Assembly (NCBI RefSeq): GCF_006345805.1
Contig: NC_043009.1
Coordinates: forward strand, 19,778,001-19,842,000
Direction of reading: 5' to 3'
Source of the DNA: Octopus sinensis
Taxonomy: Eukaryota
Length of the DNA stretch: 64,000 bases
Notes under the pieces: model-generated
Told to the model about the DNA's origin: nothing
What the model saw: only the letters and a program-made list of their open reading frames with translations
Database searches by the model: none
Part shown: piece by piece, positions 1-12,907 of the stretch
Position numbering within the stretch: the stretch's first letter is position 1
How the letters are laid out: the number at the start of each line of letters is the position of its first letter
Position numbers and translations under genes: made by a program

Positions 1-1029
1 GGTTCTTCGACAGGTGTGTCAATTCACCTATCATTAGAGTTCCTGATTTGTACCATTCTAGTCGTTTGTATGTAGGCACAGCATCAATTAAAACCACCCC
101 GTTAATACCCTAGTACTTTATTATATCGATCACAGAAGGATAAAGTTGACTGGTTGAATTTGAACCCTGAGCGTAAAGAGACGGAACCAATATTAAAATG
201 CATTTCATGCGATACTAGCGTCTCTACCAATCGATCCTCGCTGCTCCCTCTTTCTCAGCATCCATTTGAAATAATTCCTCACAATCTGTAACTCTTCAAG
301 TATAGCTTCAATTCTTGATTCTTTTTTTTTTTTTACCATTTGTTATGGAAACAAATATTTAAAATATTGAGGAAAAAATATATAAGAAAGGCTGATCTCT
401 GCTTGTTGCTAATTCGCTGATTTGTCTACTGAACGTACGACTACACAACAATACACTTTCATTGAACTGTTTGCCCTTTCACACCCTCTTAATTGATGAA
501 GATATCTATAAACAAGTTGTTTCGGTTTACAATATTGACACAAAATAATGTATTTATTTATCAAAACAGATATCAATTAAATACTGTTTATTTCTCCATT
601 CACACCATTTCTATGGCTGTGTATATTTAGCTTCTACAGTCTTTATGGTTGCGTGTGTATGTGTAACTCCCACTGTTCCTATGGCTGTGTGTGTATGTAG
701 CTTTTACTTTGTTCATGTGTGAAAATAATTGTTGTGTATTTAAAGAGGAATTTGCCGTATAAAGTATTGCGTTTGGCGCGAGCTGTTCACATAGCATTGA
801 CACTTGTGTTGATTCCATTAAGATCTCTGATTTCCAAGTGTTTTATTAAATTCTCCTTTTCGTTTTATCACTTTGCACATTTTCGCACTTTTTATTTCTG
901 GTTGAACATGGTCAGTGGCTGGTGACAGAACAGTCGCTCTTATATCTCCTGAGTAAACATCTATTTCACACAGAATGTGCCAGAACAATGAATGTTTCAA
1001 GGCAATTCATTGTCAGTAGCAGCGTTGCA

Positions 1030-1053
1030 AAGATGGCCGCCAGCAGATGGCTG
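1030..1053 (+). promoter_or_regulatory. Overlapping YY1-like and CTCF-like motifs
   Basis: AAGATGGCC (1030-1038) and CCAGCAGATGGC (1040-1051), the latter fitting CCASYAGRKGGC, at the end of a roughly 400-bp non-repetitive island. Confidence 0.35.
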
Positions 1054-1273
1054 TGTAGATGTGTGTGTGTGTGTGTGTGTGTACGTGTGTGTATGAGTGG
1101 ATGTGTGTGGATGTGTGTGGATGTGGATGTGTGTAGATGTGTAGATGTGTGTGACAGATGTGGAAAGTAACAACAACAAAAAAATGGAAGTAAAAAAGGT
1201 AGGGTTGGGTAATAAAGGTCTAAGTAGTTGTAGGAGTGGCAGGAGGAGTAGATGGAGAGGAGGAGGAGATACA

Positions 1274-1345
1274 AAGAAGAAGAAGAAGAAGAAGAAGAAG
1301 AAGAAGAAGAAGAAGATGATGATGATCAAGATGCTGCTGCTGCTG
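1274..1345. repeat. (GAA)n then (GAT)/(GCT)n microsatellite
   Basis: Seen directly. Confidence 0.95.
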
Positions 1346-2056
1346 ATGATGATGATGACGATGAAGAAAAAGAAGGTATTAATTTCAAAGTGAAAATGGC
1401 CAGTTATGCTCTTGAATAAGAAACTGAATTAAAAGCTTGAGTCACGGAGAAATATCTTTTCTTCGTTTAATTTATTTAATTTATATTTTTGTGCTCCCCC
1501 CCCCTTCTCAAAATGGCTTCTGAAGATTTCTAATAATTATAATGGCGATTCTGTTAATTGACAGACGGTCAGAGACTAACAATTCTGTAATGTACTGGCA
1601 TAAGTATCATCATTAATGTATGAAACGGTTTGCCAGTTCTTTTAAGTCGAAGCCCGATTGTTATTTAAATGTGACAGCTACTAAGAGCTTTTCAACAACT
1701 AAATACAGAGAGATTTTTTTTGTCTAAACATTTCAGATACACTTTATAAGCAATTAATATGTTTTGGACGACGAAGAATATAATAGAATCGAACCGAAAT
1801 TTGCGAAAAACAAAACAGGAATTATGAAATCAAGGAAACAAAAATGGAGAAATATCAGACAATTTATCTCGAAATATCTATTTCTTGAAGTTTTAAACTA
1901 AAAAAAAAAATGTAACTTAATTATTTTTGCTGTATTTTGCGTGTTATATATTTTGAGTTCACGGTGTATAATTGCACGTACATGCATTCATACATATATC
2001 CATACATGTGTACATAGATGTAAGCATACACATACATACACACACGTATATATATA

Positions 2057-2117
<61 letters not shown>

Positions 2118-2301
2118 ATGTATGTATATATGTATATATATGTATATGTAGAGAGAGAGAGAGAGAGAGTGAGAGTGAGAGAGAGGCGTAGAAAGATAGA
2201 AACAGGTATATATGTGTATGTATGTATGTATGTATATGTATAGACATCGGTATGTTGATGCAAACATGAAGAATAGAAGTCAAAATGTGAGTATATGTAC
2301 A

Positions 2302-2420
2302 TTTTTAGTAATATTTAGCAGAAGTAACAGGGTGACTCAAGGTCCGAGAGTTTCGTGCGTTGGCACTTATACTCTCGGATCTTGAGTCACTGTCTTGCTT
2401 CTGCTAAATATTAATAAAGA
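2302..2420. mobile_element. Palindromic small element (long hairpin); diverged second copy at about 8102-8210
   Basis: 2332-2351 pairs with 2371-2390 (20 bp, one G-T) and 2311-2327 pairs with 2395-2411 (17 bp, one G-T). Confidence 0.7.
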
Positions 2421-3264
2421 AATATATATATATATATATACATATATATGCACGCATGTATAGACACACATATATGCATATTGATACGAAATTAAACACA
2501 TAAACACACACATATGTATATATAAACATATATGTGCATATGCACAGTCACACACACACACAAACATGCACACAGAGAATGATGTATATATTTTATATGC
2601 AATGTAGAGTATATACATGTGATATAAATCCCAAATTTGTTAACTGAGCAGCGAAGTTGAGCATGGACTTTATTCTAATTTATAATATAAAAAATATTTA
2701 ACGAGAGGCGAATGCAATTGGAAGAACGACAGAAAGAACTAAATTTCAGGACTATTCACAGAAACTAATTCCTTGCAGATAACCATAGTTTTTTGTGATA
2801 TTTGATTTCATTTTGGGGCAGTTAGTGGTAGATCCATTAACCTGCTCTATTAATCTCGGTTCGTCTTACCATTCAACATTTCGGTTGCAGATTGGGAATT
2901 CTTTCTCTCGTTACTTATATATATGTGTAATCTATATAGTGCATATATAAACGGCTAATTTCGGTGTTTCTCCGTAGTATAACAGTCTAATCCTTAGACT
3001 CGAAGGTAAGGAACAGCGTTTCTCGTTTTTCGAAGCTTACTGGATTCCCATTAGTGGTGTCTACATCACTTTGACCAATCCCAGAGAAACAAGCAACTAA
3101 TCTGCTTATATACTCAACCATTACAGAACCTCCCGAAAACTGGAATGATTAATTTGCATACCGTAAGTGTTAACACTATTTTTAAATATCAGGGATTTGT
3201 CAAAAGGGGCCTGTTCACACAGTATCAAAGTATGATATAATATACGTAACCTATCGGTATATAT

Positions 3265-3479
3265 ATTCTTTTCTACCCTAGGCACAAGGCCTGAAATTTT
3301 GGGGGAGGGGGCCAATGGTTTAGATCGATCCCGGTAGGCAAATGATACTTAATTTATCGACCCCGAAATGATGAAAGGCAAAGTCGACCTCAGCGGAATT
3401 TGAACTCAGAACATAAAGACAGACGAAATATCACTAAGCATTTCGCCTGGCGTGCTAACGTTTCTGCCAGCTCGCCACC
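3265..3479 (-). mobile_element. SINE family A copy (ggcgagctggcagaaacgttagc.. head; central tttcatcctttcggggtcgataaa domain)
   Basis: Recurs more than 15 times in the window (e.g. about 95-240, 5290-5580, 17690-17850, 35670-35830, 38770-38920, 41960-42080, 46480-46620, 47030-47170, 61745-61865). B-box-like gagttcaaattcc. The central domain looks like the Meta-SINE domain (recalled, unverified). Confidence 0.85.
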
Positions 3480-4687
3480 TTTTGTGTGTGTATATTTTAG
3501 TCGTTAACTGGGTTTTAATTTTTGAGATTGTCTCAATGATGACGGTTCCTCTGTCGGTTTCGATGGTGATTATTCAATAGTTCTGCATCACCTATTCTTA
3601 AATTAACAATTAAGTGGGTGAATATTCCTTTGTGTATTTCCTAAACCTAATTCTATGACAGAATCAATGTGATAAAGCTGCATCTTTGATTTACAACTAC
3701 AATCGAGCAGAGAGCCTTTCTCGCAGTCTATATTTGCCTTCTTTCATTCATAAGTTCGAGTAAATCCGAACCAACGGTAAAATACACTTGTTCAAGATAC
3801 CATGCTGTTGATTTGAACTCACGACGGCGTGATTACAAAACAAACTCGTTAACTACTCGCCCATAATTGTGTGATGGTCTCCCTTAATATCAATGACATA
3901 CAATATGTTGTGTGTTGTTTTTCTTGATAGAGTTTTTCGATTTCGTCTCTATCGAGGGTCGCTAATCATTTTCACTTTCTTTCTCATGACTTGCAGCTAA
4001 AAAACAAACCACCAATCATTTAGAATCTAATGTAAGAACGAACTTTCTACCATTGGGAGAAGATCCGCTCCATTTCCAGCAAGATCGCTTCTCCTACAAC
4101 TGATAAAAAAAAGAAACAAAACAAAAAGCGCCATGTTTTTTCTTCTTGTCCAATCTGTCTCAATGTTTTTCTTATCAAATCATATTTTTATTTCCCCGCT
4201 TTGTTTTCATAATTTATTTCTGTTTGCATATCATACTGCATACGGCCATCTTCATTATTTCCATGCAGACGATATGTGTGAATGCGTGTGAGTGTGTGTG
4301 TGTGTGTGAATGTATGCGCGCGCGCGTGTATGTGTGTATATGTGTGTGAGTGTGTTTGAGTCAGTGTGTGCTTGTGTGTGTGTTTGTGTGTGTGCTGGTA
4401 TGTATGTGTTTCTGTGTCGGTATGAGTATTTTTGTGTGTTATTGTGTACGTATAGATGTATGTGTGAGTGGTGTATGTGTGTTCATGGATTTAATAATTC
4501 TGACTGTGCTGCCGACGCATAGATTTTGTCTTTTTCAACTTTGGTAGTTTTACAACCGCCATGATGGTTCACAATTCCTTTGTAAGAATCGTCAGGTTAT
4601 TAACTGAAATTCCTCGCTTTAATTCTTGTAAACCCACAGCAGCAGACACACACATATGCAAACACAGACACACACAGACACACACAG

Positions 4688-4720
<33 letters not shown>

Positions 4721-5130
4721 TGGTTTCCTACTCTCCCACGATTATATAACATCAAACTCATCGATGTCCTCCTCTAACTAAACCATTATAATAATATGGC
4801 TGTGAAGTTAAGTACTTCGGGATCGATCTCACTGCGAGTCAATTTGGGCAAGTATCTTCTACAATAGCTCGGGTCCACCCAATCATTAAGAAGAAAGAAG
4901 CTCGTTGAAGAGGCTGTTTCTATGTAGAATTAATTCGTCCATCATCGGGTTTAATACCACCGCTTGACTCTGCCTGTCTTTAGTAGAGTCCATTTTGTTG
5001 TCACTCTGTTTAAAAACATCACCTAGTCACCCTTGAGTATCTTTCCTTAGTGGAGTTCACCCTGTTGTCACCCGGGTTTAACACAACCATTTGTTCACCT
5101 TTGAGTGTCTTTCAGGAAATACCCCCCATT

Positions 5131-5162
<32 letters not shown>

Positions 5163-5614
5163 TTTTTCTTTCTTTCTTTCTCCAATCTCGATTACCCTTA
5201 AAAAGGGTAATTGATTCTGCCTCTTCCTTCTCTGCGAAAGCCCAGCAGTTGAGAGAGAAGGGGTTTGTCGATAATTCAAATTACTTGACTGTACTTCATT
5301 TTATCGATTCCAGCCCAAAGAGATGAAACATAGACTCGACGGGATTTGAACTCAGAGCGTAAAAACACTAGAAAAAATAACATGAATAATTTTGTTCGAC
5401 GCCGTAAAGTTTTCCGTAAATCCATTACCCTTAATATCGCTCCCAATACTTGAACCCCACTTTATTTATCGACTCCTGAAAAAATTAAATGCAAAATTGA
5501 TCTCAGAGCGTGAAACCAAAAGATAAACAGCCGGAACAAGTGTTGCATTGCGTTCGATGATCTGACTATTCTGCCATTCTAATATCTTAATAATAATGAT
5601 GATAATAATGATAA

Positions 5615-6165
5615 TGATGCAGTACCAGGCAGTGGCTCTCGTGGCTTCTGATCTTAACTGATTGGAAGTGTTATCATGTACATTGTTTTGTCTTGGTATA
5701 AAAGATGGGCTACAGCAAATATTCTGCTCAATACCACAGATTTGCTTGTCAGTTGTTTGACCTTAACCAGTTGAGCATGTCCCTTAGTGGCTGATGATAT
5801 GTGCATCTCTGATCACGAGCAGAGGTATTGGGGGAGCATCATAATCGTGTGTTGAGAAGGATTCTTTGGGGTTTGAATTATTCACCTCTGGAAACATGAG
5901 TGTTTCGTTCAACATTCTTAAACAATCCTTATGCAGGGACCTTTTGAGCAGGATGGGTTACTCGACCAGAAGAAAAATTCTAACTGGGCCCCACCTGCAA
6001 GGTCATGTGCTGTTTATCTTGATATGAGATCACCATGTCGAGCACATAGAGTTGTGATGCATGTGCCTGGTGTACCCTTATCAGACGTGTAGTCATGATG
6101 GGTATACTGGGCCTCGTATATTTTACCCCAGTGTCACTGTGATAGCATGCACTGCTCTCTCATAA
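5615..6165 (-). repeat. Probable interspersed repeat (SINE/LINE-derived) with ATT/ATC tail
   Basis: Complex sequence ending in an (ATT/ATC)n tail at 5585-5617. Recalled as a high-copy octopus repeat, but single-copy in this window. Confidence 0.4.
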
Positions 6166-6174
6166 TAATAATAA

Positions 6175-6335
6175 TCCTTTCTACTAAAGGCACAATACCT
6201 GAAATTCACTGGTACTTAATTTATAGACCCCGAAAGAATGAAAGGCAAAGTCAACCTCGGCCAAATTTGAACTCAGGATGAAATGCTGCCAAGCATCTCG
6301 ACCGGCGTGCTAACGATTCTGCCAGCTTGTCGCCT
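6175..6335 (-). mobile_element. SINE family A copy
   Basis: Aligns by eye to 3265-3479. Confidence 0.8.
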
Positions 6336-6626
6336 TACTACTACTACTACTACTACTATACTACTACTACTACTACTACGACTACTACTACTACTACTAC
6401 TATACTAATAATAATAATAATAATAATAATGATAACAATAACAACAACAACAACAACAACAATAAACGTCACAACCTATGATGAAACAAAAATTAGCTTA
6501 GGAATGGGAACTTTAACTGGAAACTTAAAATATTTCGTTTGTGTCAAGAATCTTGAAACTTCCGGTGTCACTGAGTGTCCGGAAAACAGACATTGGTCTT
6601 ATTCATCATTATCATATATATATGGG

Positions 6627-6691
<65 letters not shown>

Positions 6692-6739
6692 AGATGAATA
6701 AATACATACACTGTCATTTGATGACTAAGACTAAGAATG

Positions 6740-6771
6740 TACACACATATATATGCATATATATATACATG

Positions 6772-6848
<77 letters not shown>

Positions 6849-6982
6849 ATATATATATGATATGTATGTATGCATACATAAAACCACGCACAGACACACA
6901 CACATATATATGTATTCGGGTACAATATATCTATGCATATATATATATGTATATACACACACATATATATATATATACATAC

Positions 6983-7031
<49 letters not shown>

Positions 7032-7057
7032 TATATATAATATATATATATATAGAT

Positions 7058-7091
<34 letters not shown>

Positions 7092-7291
7092 TATATATAT
7101 AGATATATAAATATATATATATAATATATAAATATATAGATATATAAATAAATATATATATATATATATATATAAATATATAGATATATAAATATATATA
7201 TATATATATATAAATATATAGATATATAAATAATATATATATATATATTATATATAAATATATATAATATATATATATATATATTAATATA

Positions 7292-7349
<58 letters not shown>

Positions 7350-7350
7350 C
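6740..7350. repeat. Long compound (TA)n microsatellite with higher-order tataaatatatagata units
   Basis: Seen directly. Confidence 0.95.
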
Positions 7351-7942
7351 TATATATTCATATAAATGTACACACACAAGCACACACACACCCACGTTTA
7401 GTCATCAAACAGATTCTGTCAATTTGATGACTAAAGTTGACTGTTCCACTCTCACGTTTGATATTAATTTTACAATTTCTTTTTGTCCTTTATTTGACAA
7501 AAATAAAACCCATAACGATTCAAAGACGTTTTCATTGGTGTTTATTATGTCCAAGCCTTGTATTATCATCAAAACCACTCCCGACCCTTGCAACCCGCCC
7601 CCACACACTCACTTACATCCGGATTAGCGTTAAAAAAACCTTACGATTATTACAATATTTCTATAATAAGAACAACATCGATTTAATAATCGATCTAATA
7701 TGTTAGAGCAACGATCCTGACAGTTAAAGTAACATTTAGTGTTGCTGTTGCTTTCGGTGGTGGTGGCCGTGTCTGTCCGGACGTGTGGTAATCCAAGGTC
7801 CTGTCCACTGAAAAGCATTCCAAACTGGACGTTGGTGAAAACAACTGATTCTTAATTCGCCTTGGAGATATTTTTTTCTGCTGAGCAAAGAAACAAACAA
7901 CAGAAAAGAGGGGCGCATGCGCGTGCCAGCGAACGTGTGTGC

Positions 7943-7987
<45 letters not shown>

Positions 7988-8274
7988 TACACATACTTAT
8001 ACATGCAACCACTCATCAATGTACACATACACACACACACACACACACGACCAGGATAAATATAACTAAGACCTGAATGTATTTTTATTGATTCTTAATC
8101 GGCAGAACTCACGAATTGACTCGACGGCCGACACTTTCGTGCTTTACTCATCAAAACGTTTGGTGCCACACACGAAACTCTTAGCCTTTGAGTCACTTTC
8201 TTATTTCTGTTGGTTATCCATCCATCCATCTACACACACACACACACGCGTACACACACACACACATACGATGT

Positions 8275-8405
8275 GTTTCTTTCAGTTTCCGCCTACCAAA
8301 TCCACTTGCAAGGCTTTGGTTGGCCCGAGGCTATAGTAGAAGAGGTGCCAGGCAGCGAGACTGAAACCAGAACCATGTGGTAGCGAGCTTCTTACCATAC
8401 AGCCA
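8275..8405 (-). mobile_element. SINE family B copy
   Basis: Aligns by eye to 27283-27425. Confidence 0.8.
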
Positions 8406-8928
8406 AGGGTGCGCCTGCATATACATGCATACATATGGATATATATATATATGCATGTATATGTGCATGTATATCTGTATGCATGCATGTAAATGCCGTA
8501 TATTTGTATGTTTATGTGTATATATGGATGTTATATATGTTTGTATGTATATGTGTACGTATATTTGTGTGTGTGTGTTTGTTTGTGTGTGTGTGTGTGT
8601 GTGTGTGGGTGTGTGTGTGTGTGTGCGTGCGTGTGCGTGTGTGCGCATAGTGATGTGACTTCAGTTTTCCAGTGAGATGTCCGTTAAACTGGTGTGATGC
8701 AGATCAATGAAAGTCAGCCACAAGTGTATAGAATTGTTTCCAGGGATATTATACACTCGTTGACATGACCGAGTCTGTCTAATTCCCTTCGCATTCATCG
8801 TTCTTTAAGTACGTTCATGTTGATTCCAGTTAATGAATATCGCTTATACGCTTCAGACATGTTAATTCCGTGACTGTGTATTTGCATGTGTTGGTGTGTG
8901 TCTGTGAGTGTATGTCTGTGTGTCTGTG

Positions 8929-8992
<64 letters not shown>

Positions 8993-9016
8993 CGTGTGTG
9001 TGTGTGTGTGTGCGTG

Positions 9017-9054
<38 letters not shown>

Positions 9055-9928
9055 CGTGTGTGCGTGCGTGCTGAGATTTCTGCCGATAAGAAGTAAATCT
9101 TTTTCTGTTTCCGTATCCGCCATCTTTAGTTAGAAGAAACTAAGATGGAAGCGAAGCGACATCTTTGTGCAACCTTCTTCTTCGTGTTGGTCGAGGTCGA
9201 TCAGCTGACACCTCCCCGCTTCCAACAAAGTCTGTATATCAACTGAAGTATTTCAATTCCTAAACTACCAGCTATCAAGCAAGCCCCTAGCCGAAATACA
9301 TTTCTAATTCTAAAGGGATCAATGACCCCAGCCCAACATCTTTATTTGGGGTCAGCAGTCATACTCTCTTTTACTTGTTTCAGTCATTTGACTGCGGCCA
9401 TGCTGGAGCACCAGCTTGAAGAAATTTTGATGAAATGAATCGCGCCAAGTAGACTGTCTTAAAGCCTAGTTCTTGTTCTATCGGTCTCTTTTGCCGAACG
9501 GCTAATTCACCGGATGTAACCTACCGACACTGTTTACCAACAACCATTCACCATCCACAATGTGCCTCTGTAGAAAGACCAAAATCTCTTGAACTAATCA
9601 TGCACACTCGTTACCTATATTTTCTAATCTTCCATCGTATTGCTGCTTTCATCAGACGTATTCGTATACGAAACGTTGTAACTTTCAGTGTTGGCTTTAA
9701 TTTCAATAGAAAATCTGATTTAATAGCACCGCCAGCACAGATGAGATCCAGTTGTCACTTACAAAGCCTGTAATATACTTGGTGGCGTATTAAGACCGCA
9801 TAACGAAATACAGCGTTAACCTAATATATCTGTTTGTTGTTTACACACCCGTCTTCGTCTTTTGTTTTGTTTTTGTGCAAATTTCAACTATATATATACA
9901 TACATACTTACATACACACACACACACG

Positions 9929-9992
<64 letters not shown>

Positions 9993-10581
9993 TGTATTTA
10001 TGTATGTATGTATGTATGTATGTATATATATATTATATCATATTATATTATATTATATCATATCATATATTATATTATATTATATTATATTAAACAAGGG
10101 GAAGGCCGGTTTTTGGGATTACGAATTTATGGGGTTTCCCGTCCATGAAGGATTTCGCTTTATCGTGTATCGCCAGATCCCAAAACCTGTTGGCCCAAGA
10201 CTAGAGATCACACTTGTAAATTACTCATACCCTTGAAATATATTAATCGGTCGATTAATGTGGCTTTTCTCTGTAATCCATTCGATTATAGATTATAGAG
10301 TGGAGTCATATTTACTAAAGTCTACTCCGTAATACTGAATAAAATATAAATTAATCTAATAAAGGAGATATTAGATCCAGGAGCTCTCAGAACATGCATA
10401 TATTTCTACCTGTTTCATGTCATATATTTTAACTGGTTCACCAAACACAGAAATAACTTCCTCATTTCGTTGACACTGGGGAGTCTGAGGGCTTGAGCCA
10501 GTGTTTAATAGATATTGACATCATACGGTGGCCATGTGCATTATTTACATTTGACGAATATTTGTCCTCATTTTGTTTGTT

Positions 10582-10634
10582 GTTAACACAACATTTCGGC
10601 AGATATACTCTCCAGCCTTCATCAAGTGTCTTGG
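10582..10634 (-). ncRNA. Degenerate type I hammerhead-ribozyme-like motif (Penelope-type terminus)
   Basis: gacac-TTGATGA-a-ggc..gcc-GAAA-tgtt-gtgtt: stem I gacac/gtgtt, stem II ggc/gcc; core differs from canonical CTGATGA and GAAACGTT. Confidence 0.55.
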
Positions 10635-10679
10635 GGAAAATTTGAACCTGGGTTCTCATTCCTAAAGTATTTTTTTACG

Positions 10680-10680
10680 A

Positions 10681-10711
<31 letters not shown>

Positions 10712-10723
10712 ATTATTATTATA

Positions 10724-10797
<74 letters not shown>
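10680..10797. repeat. (GTT)n/(ATT)n microsatellite
   Basis: Seen directly. Confidence 0.95.
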
Positions 10798-10798
<1 letters not shown>

Positions 10799-11177
10799 CA
10801 ATACAGTGAAGCTCAGAAGTGAAGTAAAATGAGACTCACTGACAGTTTATTGCTGACTACAGTATCAGACATACGATATAAAAGATTGTTGTGGTACTAT
10901 AAAATATCTCTTTAGAGCGTGAAATCAATAAGATTTTAGGTATGTTTGATACGATATCAATGAGGGGGAGAGCAAATGTCATCAATAAGGACACTTATGG
11001 ATATTTCTTTCAACAAGTCGTCTATTTAATGGACGAAGATATAGTAAATATTTTATCGATGAACAGAGATGGTGCAGAAGATAGGAACAGAAGAAGAGAG
11101 AGAGAGGAAGTAGAGCTATTATGCCCAAACACCCAAACACCCACCTACACACACATACATGCATCACAGTATCGCTG

Positions 11178-11355
11178 TGCGCAGGCGCGTGATTTAGTTC
11201 AAGGTTGCGCTTATAATCGCAAGACTGTGGTTTCGATTCCTGGATGAGGTGATGCATTTTGTTCTTGAGCAAAACACTCCCTCTCACGTTGCTACAGTCC
11301 ACTCTATTGAAGAAAACGATGAATCCTGCGACGGTCCGGCGTCCTGTCCAGTGGT
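11178..11355 (+). mobile_element. SINE family C copy (tRNA-like head, CORE-like ttcttgagcaa, V-domain-like cctgcga..ggcgtcctgtccag)
   Basis: B-box ggtttcgattcc. Related copies at 11575-11748(-), 18118-18248(+), 33315-33420(-), 33500-33650(-), 3775-3865(-). Confidence 0.75.
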
Positions 11356-11574
11356 AGTAGTGGTGATGGTGGTGGCGGGAAAGGATATATATACGGAATC
11401 TGGGAAAACGGTCTTATGAGCCGATGGCTCGAAAAGGACGTTTCATCTTTTTTTTCCTGTATCAAATTGACTATCAAATGTTTTACACCACTGGTCACAA
11501 TGCGCTTCTTCGCATATTTGTAGCTTTCAAATGATACCGCGCTACTGGTTAAGCAGGCAGGCAGGCCAGCCTTT

Positions 11575-11748
11575 CGCTTTGAACGGGACGCCAGTCCATG
11601 ACAAGGTTGGCCATTTACAGGTGAGTGCACTGAAGCAACGTGGAATAAAGAGATTTGCTCAAGAACACAACACATAGTCCGATCCGGGATCGAAACCACA
11701 ACTCGGAAATCGTGAGTGCAATACCCCCACCACTCGATCACGCGCTTT
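11575..11748 (-). mobile_element. SINE family C copy, inverted relative to 11178-11355
   Basis: Reverse complement aligns along its length with 11178-11355. Confidence 0.75.
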
Positions 11749-12148
11749 CACACAAACACACACCTATAAAGTAGGGTCTAACATGTGTGACAGAGCCAGT
11801 GTTATTACACTCTCAGCAAAGCAAATTTTGCAGCCAGTGATGGTGGCAAATACTGGCTGCAAACTTTTGATATACTACATCTGCCAGCGTTATGAAGTAA
11901 TTCTGAGCCCCCAGAAACAGCTGCCGGATTTGTAACACCCTGCTCTCTAATTCTTTGAATTTATGTAATCTGAGTAAGTTTGCTCCCTTTTAAAAAAATG
12001 TATACACTTTTACCTGTTGTTAATCATCTGATAATTTTAAGTCTGCCTTTTCATGTATACAAGTATATATATATTTTTTACATTAAAACCCAAGGTTTTT
12101 ATCTATTTTCGTGAATCATCGTCTACACACACACACAGAGAATGTGTG

Positions 12149-12181
<33 letters not shown>

Positions 12182-12202
12182 ATATATATATATATATATA
12201 TA

Positions 12203-12242
<40 letters not shown>

Positions 12243-12856
12243 CATATATAACAGAACAACTTTAGCGATTATATATTAACTGTAGCGACAATGTGAAATA
12301 TTTTTTCCAGTGATCACTGAAATTGTATTGATATATTATCGATATTTCAATCGTTCCCATCCTCTGAAAAATTACTTACTTCGCAAATATGTCGAACTGG
12401 TCTCTGCCTCAAATCATATTTGCTACTCTTCTCATGTCGCAATCATTGATGTTGTCGATATTATTGTCGTTGTTGTTGTTGTTATTTATGTTGTCCTTGA
12501 TGTAGTTGTTGTTGTTGTTGTTGTTGCTGTTGTTGTTGTTGTCGCTATCGTTACAGTATTTAGTGATCTGTTGTTAGATCCGAGATATTATTTAAGTTCC
12601 TTTTGTTTTCTACAAATGTATATTCAATTCATACAGACATACTCACCCGTAAACATGCATACATATACCTGTACACATGCACACACACATGCGCAGACAC
12701 GCACACACACGCATACACACACATATACACAGTACATACATGTATACATATAGACACAATTATGTGATGTGTTGATATTGTCATGGCGCTCCCCACATAT
12801 GGCTGCTGATCAATAACATCCCAACAGACGTGAGTGGTTGGGTTAGTTTTGAGATT

Positions 12857-12907
<51 letters not shown>

